Origin: Octopus vulgaris
Lineage: Eukaryota
NCBI GenBank assembly: GCA_951406725.2
Contig: OX597821.1
Span: 47,988,001-48,052,000 of the forward strand
DNA: 64,000 bases
Reading direction: 5' to 3'
Shown here: positions 54,591-64,000 of the stretch, piece by piece
Layout: every line of letters starts with the position of its first letter
Numbering within the stretch: the stretch's first letter is position 1
Notes under the pieces: generated by a model
Databases searched by the model: none
The model's input: the letters and a program-made list of their open reading frames with translations, nothing else
What the model was told of the DNA's origin: nothing
Made by a program: the position numbers and the translations under genes

Positions 54591-55392
54591 TGTCGGGGGA
54601 TTTTGCCGGGGCAGGGGCAGACCAAACCCATAACATTACTTGACATGGCAGATTTGCCAGAGGGGTTGGGTCTACCCCTCTGGCGAATCCGGCATGTCAT
54701 GTAATGTTATGAATTGGCCCTGCCCCTCTGGCGAATCTGACATGTCATGTAATATTATGGGTTGGCCCTGCCCCTCTGGCGAATATCAGAGATTCGCCAG
54801 AGGGACAGGGCCAATTCATAACATTACATGACATGTCAGATTAGCCAGAGGAGCAGACAAACACATAACATTACATGACATGTCGAATTAGCCAGAGTGG
54901 CAGACAAACCCATAACATTACATGACATGTCAGATTCGCCAGAGGGGCAGGGCCAATTCATAACATTACATGACATGTCAGATTAGCCAGAGGAGCAGAC
55001 AAACCCAGAACATTACGTGACATGTCGGATTAGCCAGAGGGGCAGACAAACCCATAACATTACATGACATGTCAGATTAGCCAGAGGGGCAGGGCCAATT
55101 CATAACATTATGTAACATGTCAGATTAGCCAGGGGAGCAGACAAACCCATAACATTACATGACATGTCAGATTAGCCAGAGGGGCAGACAAACCCATAAC
55201 ATTACATGACATGTTAGATTTGCCAGGGGGGCAGACAAACCCATAATATTACATGACATGTAAAATTCGCCAGAGGGGCAGAGCCAATTCATAACATTAC
55301 ATGACATGTCAGATTAGCCAGAGGGGCAGGGCCAGCCCATAACATTACATAACATGTCAGATTAGCCAGAGGGGCAGACAAACCCATAACAT
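54590..55392. repeat. 47/49-bp minisatellite (~16 units) with an internal inverted block
   Basis: Unit cataacattacatgacatgtcagattagccagaggggcag(acaaacc/ggccaatt); units at about 54670-54784 are reversed. Confidence 0.92.
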
Positions 55393-55801
55393 TTTTATTG
55401 TTAAAGTGAAAGTATCTGACATAACAGAGAAATGTTTTTGTTACACTTTTAACACGTAATACTGAAATAGTGGAGAAGATATGATATTGCTATGGGCTCG
55501 CCCTAGGCAAGAAGTTGAACATTTTTTTTGCCCATGAAACTACATGGACATGTAGTAAGACATGTGTAAAATTTGAATGAAATTCGTTGTGTAGTTCTCA
55601 AGTTTTAGGGAATCGTAGTGGAAAAGATATGATATTGCTGTGGGCTCACCCTGGGCAAAAAGTTAAAATTTTTTTTTGCCCTGGACCCCTAAGTAAGGCA
55701 TGTGTAAAATTTAAATGAAATTAGTTGTGTAGTTCTCAAGTTTTAGGGAAACACACAGACAGACAGACACACACACATTCTCAGTTTTATATATATAGAG
55801 A
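55393..55801 (+). mobile_element. Helitron-like (HINE-type) terminal piece
   Basis: Internal ~140-bp duplication; terminus acagacagacagacacacacacattctcagttttatatatatagaga resembles 61468-61505(-). Confidence 0.55.
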
Positions 55802-56590
55802 TTAAGAGAAAACTAATGGAAAGGCTGGCCACATACTTTGATTGGCAATAACTATCTTCATGGAATTTCTTAACTAAAGCCCTGACATACCTTTGCTTGA
55901 AATAGTCTTGTTGATTAATCTATTAATTTGTTAACAACATGAACTTAGAATCTTTAATTTCTGTTTATTCTGGAAGTAAATCTATAATGCCAATAAATAT
56001 TCAGATAATGGGCTTATTGTATACAGTGCTCAGGTGCATTAAAACATTTTGAGAATCCACTAAATTTTAGTTTCAGTTACAATTCTTTAAATTCAAAAAT
56101 CTAGAATACTTCACAACCACTTCAGAAAATACTTAAATATCATATTCTTATATTATTTAAAGTATGAACTTATTTTAAAAATTGTTATACAAAATGTTTA
56201 CAAGCATTTGATTGGTTGTTTGTCTTTTTATTATTGATTCTCCTTCTGAGAACTATTCTCTTGTGCATCACCACAATCTGATTTTCCTTCTTGATTCTGC
56301 TGTATATTTCTTTTATGCCTGAAATTATCTAGGATACAACTAACAAATTGACTGACAAACTTCAACACTTCAACAGTGTTGCTCTACAGCTGGTTATCAA
56401 CAGCTGCTTGTCAATGTTTCATTTGTAAAAATGTTTTGTACTCTTCTTTCAATTGCATCTTGTAGAATAACATTAATTCAGTTTAGAATTAGGAACTCAT
56501 TAATGTGAAGTTAAATTTATGAGGTAAAAGGCAATAGGTGTGTGTGTGTGTGTGTTCCTAAAAACTATCCAAGTACCTATACACCTACAT

Positions 56591-56892
56591 GTGGAGGCAC
56601 ATGGCCTAGTGGTTAGAGCAGCGGACTTGCGGTCGAGGGATCATGGGTTCGAATCTCAGACCGGGTGATGTGTGTGTTTATGAGCGAAACACCTAAGCTC
56701 CATGCAGCTCCGGCAGAAGGTAATGGCGAACTTCTGCTGACTCTTTTGCCACAACTTTCCCTCACTCTTTCCTCCTGCATCTTGCAGCTCACCTGCAATG
56801 GACCGGCGTCCCGTCCAGGTGGGGAACCTATACGCCAAAGAAACCAGGAAACTGGCCATTATGAGACAGGCATGGCTCGAGAAGGAACAAAC
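56591..56892 (+). mobile_element. Full-length tRNA-derived SINE (V-domain-like) with 12-bp TSD
   Basis: atacacctacat at 56579-56590 and 56893-56904; head tggcctagtggttagagc...gggttcgaatc. Confidence 0.88.
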
Positions 56893-57732
56893 ATACACCT
56901 ACATATCTATCAAGCTAACTAGCTAGTTATAAGTCTATTTATCTGCCTGCCCGTCCATTTACCTACCAACCTACCTACATATCAGCTATTTGTCTATCTG
57001 CCTGATTGTTTGTGTACGAAAAGTCCAGTTTTAATGCTCATTAAACAAACCTCTGGTCTTTAGCTAATTAAATGCCATAATTACTTAAATATGTCTGCCA
57101 GCTGGTATGTTCACCTTGTTTTATATTATCCTAATGTTACTCTATCATCTCATAGTTTTATTGATGAGTAAATGAAAGACACTGAACATTTTGATGTCTT
57201 CTTGACTCCGCCCACATCTTCACCTCTAATTTCATGTTATTACATTTATCCTTTGTGTATGCCTCTACCCCAACCTGTCTTAATTTCCTCTACATTTTCA
57301 CCTCTCATTGATTCTACTATATTTCTCCTTCCCCCCTGCAAACCTTCCAACACAGTAACACCATCCTTCCTCTCCAGCTTATCTTTGTAAAATATCAACA
57401 GCTGAAGTTCTTGGTGAACATCATTTGTATCAATTTCAGTTTTGTAGAACATAAAACAGCTGTGGCAACTACCTGTTCTCCTTTGAATGCAAGCTTTAAA
57501 AACCATTTAAGTGAGTGTGTTGCATAAATATGGAAGTAGTTGTAAAGAAATCACTCTTCTGAAGAGGAAATTAATGATGAGGTTGGAATAAAACAAATTC
57601 ATTATAGCATTTCGCAAGAGAGGAGTGAAAGAAAGTTTTTATTTACCGAGGAATCGAAATTTGGTGCGAAGGAAATAGTATGGCAACAAATTGACATAGA
57701 AGGTGGAATACAGCAGAAATTTGTTGAATTAA

Positions 57733-57953
57733 CCCTTTAGTGTTTGCATTATTCTGCCAAAATTAATGCTTTTTTGTCCTCATTGTTTTGAACTAATCAT
57801 GCATTACCTTGTAGCTATGAGATTTTGATGAGGTAGCTGTTAATTTTTAAAGCAATATTGTAGGGTTGGTGTGAGAGACTAGATCTGGCCATTTTGAACA
57901 TAAAACAGGCAGAATACATTTGGCCGGATATGGCTGGTTTAAATGCTAAAGGT
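57733..57953. mobile_element. TTAA-flanked MITE
   Basis: ttaa|ccctttagtgttt ... aaatgctaaaggt|ttaa. Confidence 0.7.
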
Positions 57954-58226
57954 TTAATGATCAGAGGACAATGTGAGACAAAGAATGACAGTGATATTAA
58001 GTATTAATTTCTAAATATTTAACAAGAAGATTAACCACGTCAATATCAACGTCTTTTGAAAGGTGTACTGTGGTTATGGACACAACCCATTTACTCAAAG
58101 CCAAAGAGAAACAAAAAGAATGGCAAAAGACCACAGATTTTGAGGGAAGCTATTGCTAAATAAATTTTTGCCAGCAAATGACTGGTATTCTATTTTATTA
58201 ACCCAGGAAGGATGAAAGGGAATTAA

Positions 58227-58287
58227 GGTTCACCAATCCTCAGTCAAATCGTCCAATCCATGATAGCATGGAAAGCGGACGTTAAAC

Positions 58288-58323
<36 letters not shown>

Positions 58324-58754
58324 ATATAAAGAAAAGAAGAGTAAAGATGCCGCTTGCTAAAAATTAAAACAGAAGCTTCAAAAAACCACCAATTCTACAA
58401 TAAATACACAGCCAAGCAATGTAGTGAATATTAAAAAAAATAAGCCTACCTTCAGGATGGAATCTACAGGTAGTCTAATACATACCCCAATATCAATTGA
58501 TTTCATGCTGAGCATGAGAGACATGCTTTGCAATCCTCATTTGTAGACAGTATTTAACATCTATTTCTAAAATATTCATTATGTGTGTGTATTTATTGTA
58601 GAATTGATGGTTTTTTGAAGCTTCTGCTTTAATTTTTAGCAAGTGGCATCTTTACCCTTCTTTTCTTTATGTATCATCATCATCATCATCATCGTTTAAC
58701 GTCCGCTTTCCATGCTATCATGGATTGGACAATTTGACTGAGGGTTGGTGAACC
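58227..58754. repeat. Inverted duplication (~180-bp arms) that includes an RTE (GAT)n tail
   Basis: 58227-58410 is the reverse complement of about 58585-58754. Confidence 0.85.
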
Positions 58755-58970
58755 AGATAGCTGCACCAGGCTCCAATCTGATCTGGCAGAGTTTCTACAG
58801 CTGAATGCCCTTCCTAACACCAACCACTACGAGAGTGTAGTGGGTGCTTTTTACGTGCCACCGGCATGAAGGCCAGTCAGGTGGTACTGGCAACAGCCAT
58901 GCTCAAATGGTGTTTTTTACATGCCACCTGCACAGGAGCCAGTCCAGTGGCATTGGCAACAATCTCGTTT
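58674..58970 (-). mobile_element. RTE-associated 3' UTR fragment with (GAT)n tail
   Basis: catcatcgtttaacgtccgctttccatgc...ggtgctttttacgtgccacc. Confidence 0.8.
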
Positions 58971-59074
58971 GAATGTATATATGTATATATGTATGTATGT
59001 GTGTATGTATGTATGTATGTATGTATGTATGTGTACAAATACCAACATACATATTATTATTTTTATTATTATCT

Positions 59075-59292
59075 AGGCAGTGAGATGGCAGAGTCATTAG
59101 CATACTGGACGAAATGCTTAGTGGTAGTTCACCTGTTGCTATGTTCTGAGTTCAAATTCCACTGAGGTTGACTTTGCCTTTCATCTTTTTGGGGTTGATA
59201 AATTAAGTACCAATGAAACATTGGAGTTGATGTAATCAACTGGTCCCTTCCCCACCAAATTCCAGGCCTTGAGCCCATAGTAGAAAGGATTA
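59075..59292 (+). mobile_element. SINE S2
   Basis: ggcagtgagatggcagagtc...ttctgagttcaaattcc..gttgactttgcctttcatc. Confidence 0.8.
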
Positions 59293-59803
59293 ATATTATT
59301 ATTATTAGCATTATTATTATTATCATCATCATTATTATCCTCATCACTAATATTATTATACCCCAATTTGTATTATTAGTTTTTTGTCGATACTATTGTT
59401 AGTGCTAACAGTAGAAGTGCCATCACTACTATTGTTGTTACTGTATTTTCTAATGTCACCACTATCATCATATTTATCACTGTCTATTGTGTCTTTTTAT
59501 TCCTTTGCCCTCTGTATCATTACCGGTATCAATATTCATTTTATGATTCTTGTTTTCTTTCCTCTTCCATATATATACAGCATTATGTATGTTCCAGCAA
59601 GATTTAGTAAATAACCGGCAAGGCATTACTCTGCATAATTCCACCATGGGTAAAATTCATACAGCTCTTATATTTGGAATTTAAAAAAACAAGGGAACCA
59701 ACTACAGCTTTGTACAGTCCATTATAGTATCTGCTCCAGCCCATTTTATTGGTAACAAGTGCCAACTCTGCTTAACAGAAAAGTTTAGTATTCTCCCTCT
59801 TGA

Positions 59804-59980
59804 CCCTTTCGACACCAACCTGGCTGAAACTATTAAAATCTTCCATCAAACCTTAGTCACAATTTATGTTCCTAACACTAGCTTAATGATAACTAAGTTA
59901 TTGTACTAAATTCTTTGTTATATTTAAAATTAATTGAAAGAAACACAGAGCATCTCAACAGAAATACAGTAACGAAAGGG
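59804..59980. mobile_element. TTAA-type MITE
   Basis: ttga|ccctttcgacac ... gtaacgaaaggg|ttaa. Confidence 0.6.
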
Positions 59981-60167
59981 TTAAATTCCAAATTGGAGTT
60001 AATTTCCTCATGTCACAATTCTTCAAGCTGCCAACTGGATAACACCTAGTATGTCTCTAATTGTCCCTAGAATGTTCATACCTCTATCCATTGCTGCACT
60101 AATAAACTGTTCTCTGCAATGATGATGATGATGATGATGATACTGTTGTTGATAAATATATACATAA

Positions 60168-60330
60168 GCGCAGGAGTGGCTGTGTGGTAAGTAGCTTGCT
60201 TACCAACCACATGGTTCTGGGTTCATTCCCACTGTGTGGCACCTTGGGAAAGTGTCTTCTACTTAGCCTCAGGCCAACCAAAGCCTTGTGAGTGGATTTG
60301 GTAGACAGAAACTGAAAGAAGCTCGTTGTA
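60168..60330 (+). mobile_element. SINE S1 5' half
   Basis: gcgcaggagtggctgtgtggtaagtagcttgc...gaaagaagctcgttgtatata. Confidence 0.85.
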
Positions 60331-60377
<47 letters not shown>

Positions 60378-60381
<4 letters not shown>

Positions 60382-61865
60382 TATTATAATCTTATTATAA
60401 AAGGCAGATTTTATCTGCCTCCCTTTGTCTCTTATAGAAATCTACAATATAGGATTTCTTCAATTACAATTTACCTAGCATTTTTAAGAGTAGAATGCAT
60501 CAGGTCGTGCCAGGTCCAGTTTTTAAAATTTCAACCCCAATTAAGCAAAATTTAGAGAAAACTCACATTGTGGTGTGTAAGTCAAGTGCTTTTCTTAGTG
60601 TGGGCTATAGCACACGCACACACACACAAAAAGGGAGCGATCTGATTCACTCACGCTATCACTCTAATTTCTACGACTTTCTCTCTACAAGTTTGCAACG
60701 ATTAAAGTGAAACTATTTCTATAAAACGAAAAAAAAAAACACAGCAAACAGAAACAAATAAATACATAACGATTTACTCCTCACACAATTTCTTCAATTA
60801 GAGTTTACCCATGATTTTTCAAAGTACTTCCATTGGGTCATGTCATACAAAATTTCTTTCAATTTTACCCCCAATTAAGACAAAATTCGAGAAAACTCAA
60901 TATTTTAACATTTCACTCTGAAAGCATTGATGTACATGTGTGCGTGCGTGAGTGTGTGTGTGTCATTCTTCACACACACGCATACACATACATATATGAC
61001 AGTGACAAACACAAACGTTTCAAACAACTACATACAAACACGTGTGTGTTTGTTATTAGTAAAAAAGGCGCCAAACACAACTCACTTATCATTCCAACAC
61101 ATTTGCAAAGACACACAGACGGTCGAATTGCTATAACAATACAGAAAAGGTAAATTGGTTTTTAATTTACTTTCTGTCATTAAATTTTGGTAGTATTATT
61201 TATGTGTATACATAAATATATACACATATTCTGTATATATTTTATTATATAATATTATATATAGATATATGTATATATAATTGCAGTATGAAACAGTGTT
61301 TATGTATAAACAGACGACACTTATATATAGTTATTAATAAATGTATGTATCCGTTTAAAAGAAAAACCAAAAAATATTTTAGTCTTTATAAATGTTGTGT
61401 TCAAAATAACATTTTCTTTTAAGAATGTGTATATAACAAAGTATGTGTATATAACTACGTGGCTTATATCTTTATATATAAAAGTGAAGTTGTGTGTCTG
61501 TCTCTTACGATTTAGATTCCTAACTACTCCCACATTTTGCGGTGCAGTGTAACCAAAACCGGGTATCTTATAGTCGTGATTCATATCGAGCCCTTCTGGG
61601 TATTAGCGTGCATCTACGATGAGTCTACGATTTAAAAAAAATTTACCATCATATTTTTCCATTTTAATGCATTTTTTTCGCTATTATATAAGGGAAGTAA
61701 CTCTCTAAAAATATCTACGATGTGTCAACGATTTAAAGAAAAATTTACCTTAATTTTTTCCATTTTTAATGCATTTTTTTGCTATTTTTTGTCTATAACT
61801 CTCTAAAAATGCTTATATAGTTATTTCCCTTACAAACCCGAGCAACGCCGGGCGATACTGCTAGT
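60378..61865 (-). mobile_element. Compound Helitron-like (HINE-type) non-autonomous element
   Basis: Terminus actagcagtatcgcccggcgttgctcggg at 61865; 3'-type ends at 61468 (atctttatatataaaag) and 60378 (atcttattataaaag); internal duplications. Confidence 0.55.
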
Positions 61866-61895
61866 ATATATATATATATACATACATATATATAT

Positions 61896-62738
61896 GAAAA
61901 AACAAGTCAAGATAGAAAATGCTAAAATAATTTTATAAAGAACATTTCAGTGCCGGTTTCAGTCATTTGAGACCTTTTCAACTGTAACAATTAAAAAATT
62001 ATATTTAGAAAAATTAAAAGAAAAGTTTTTTTAAAAGAATATTTGTATAGTGTTTGAATATAAGTGGCATTTTCCTTGTTTCTGCCTGTCTCTGTCTCTT
62101 TTGTTTACTCTTGTGGGTTCAAGGTCCATGTGAATTCTTGGTAGGGAAGAAGAAGAAGAAGGAGGAGGAGCAGGGGGAGAAGGGGAGGAAGAATTAGGGA
62201 TTGCCTTGATTGTGGTTACTTGCAGTTCCTGCTGTTCAATTCATGAAAATATTTCTATTAAAAGGTTTGTTTAAAGAATTTACGTAGGTGTTACACTAAA
62301 ATGCTTTTTAGTATAACACCTAAGCAAATTCTTTAAACAAACCTTTCAATAGAAATATTTTCATGAATTGAACAGCAGGAACTACTAGCAACCACTGACC
62401 AACAACAATCAAGGCAATCCCAAATTCTTCCTCCCCTTCTCCCCCTCCTCCTCCTTCTTATTTCCCCCTCCCCCGGACCTTGAACCCACAAGAGTAAACA
62501 AGAGAGACAGAGACAGGCAGAAACAAGGAAAATGCCACTTATATTCAAACACTATACAAATATTCTTTTAAAAAAACTTTTTTAATTTTTCTAAATTTAA
62601 TTTTTTAATTGTTACAGCTGAAAAGGTCTCAAATGACTGAAACCGGCACTGAAATGTTCTTTATAAAATTATTTTAGCATTTTCTATCTTGACTTGTTTT
62701 TTCATATATATCAACTCGTGTATCCCACTTCGTCCTTA

Positions 62739-62740
<2 letters not shown>
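61896..62740. mobile_element. Large fold-back element (~400-bp arms) with a hammerhead-like motif in each arm
   Basis: 61896-62301 is the reverse complement of 62306-62703 around a few-nt loop; ~30-bp extension on the right; (TA)n flanks. Confidence 0.85.
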
Positions 62741-62797
<57 letters not shown>

Positions 62798-64000
62798 GTA
62801 TGTATGTATATGTATGTGTGTGTATGTTTGTATGTCAGTGATGATGATGATACTAAATAGAGAAACACTGGTTGGCAACAAAACTACACTCTACAAAAAT
62901 CCCCCCACTCCACAAGAATAGATAATTTATAATGTTTGACTATCCCCACCTCCATTATGATCCAACTATTGGCACATAGTAATTACTTCAAGATAAGCAG
63001 GATACACAACAGGTACATTATTTACTGCCTCTGATTACTTTCTACTAAACAATCAACACACAAAAACATCCATCCTTAACTACACTATTAACTAAAGAAA
63101 GTGAATATTACTAAAAAGTGGTCAAGTTTACTTTATCATAAATGAAAAATAGAGAAACTTTTCTGTACACTTGAAAAGTTACTGTACTAACTTGATAACA
63201 ATATGGTTAAAATTTGTAGATGAGGCTGTGTCAAGACGATTCCACAGTTTCCACTAGGTGATTTATTTCTGCTAAAAAGGATATTCTTTCAACTTAGCTC
63301 ACTTTTTCTTATACATTCATTTGCGTGTATGTTTCTGCATGTACATAGCTATATGTCTGTATATGTGAGTGAGTATGTTTATATAGTTGCATTGGAAAAA
63401 ATAACCAAGTGTTGTTTGAGAATCAGTCCTTCTTAAGATATGTTGCATCATTGCATTGCAGTAAGAAATATCCACCTTTGTGTTTGCAATAAATCAGGTG
63501 TGAAACCCATTAGCTTTTTTCACAAATGTTTTCACATCTTCCATGATAGAGGTTATTACAGTTGCCTTGGATTTTGAAAGAATTGAAAGGAAATGAAATT
63601 CAGCTCCTGTTTTGTTTCTCTCCGGCATTGCTTCACCATAGCCACATTTTATTGGCTAGAACAAGTAAAAGTGATTGCTCTAAAACAGCAAGTTAAATAT
63701 CAGAAATTTAATTGGTGTTTGGAGAGTTCATATTGATTGATATAAAATACAGTTTGAGTACTCTGTGAGTTTAATATCTTTTCAAGAATCAGGAAGATGT
63801 CATACCCCATTTCCCATGTCTCATTCTTTAATAGCAAGATAGTTAATCACACCTCCAGGAATATTCCTCATTGTGAAATATCATGCAACCAAGTCCATCA
63901 TGTTTTTATCAAAGATTAATGAATATGTCGATTAAAGTGTTTTTGTCAGGTGATATCAATTTTCACTCTAAAATTGACTTTATTTTATTTTTATTTTAGT

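Noticed and set aside
54590-55392. CRISPR-like palindromic repeat array
   Set aside because: No variable spacers and no cas genes; it is a minisatellite
56591-56665. tRNA gene
   Set aside because: No proper acceptor stem, and it continues into a SINE body bounded by a TSD

Overview
Eukaryotic, AT-rich, almost entirely repetitive intronic or intergenic DNA. The repeat repertoire and the (TA)n/(CA)n/(TAA)n/(GAA)n microsatellite load suggest an octopod cephalopod genome (inference). I found no intact protein-coding gene, rRNA, functional tRNA or CRISPR array, and most ORFs in the track are microsatellite or low-complexity artefacts. Recognisable content: a full-length dead Tc1 (DD34E, long IR-DR TIRs), a TTAA-flanked deleted piggyBac, mariner and maT remnants, MITEs, Helitron-like (HINE-type) non-autonomous elements, RTE and R4/Dong-like LINE fragments, three or four tRNA-derived SINE families and Penelope-like (GIY-YIG) remnants. 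The most interesting signal is a recurrent class of short non-coding inserts, mostly in (TA)n. Several form long fold-back palindromes with a one-sided 30-60 nt extension, and several carry minimal type-I hammerhead-ribozyme-like motifs, some with possible compensatory core variants (U3-A8, perhaps G3-C8). The best example is 15703-16110, with a 12-bp target duplication. A few phase-compatible candidate host exons are reported at low confidence. All coordinates were read by eye, and all family assignments come from motif recognition, not database searches.
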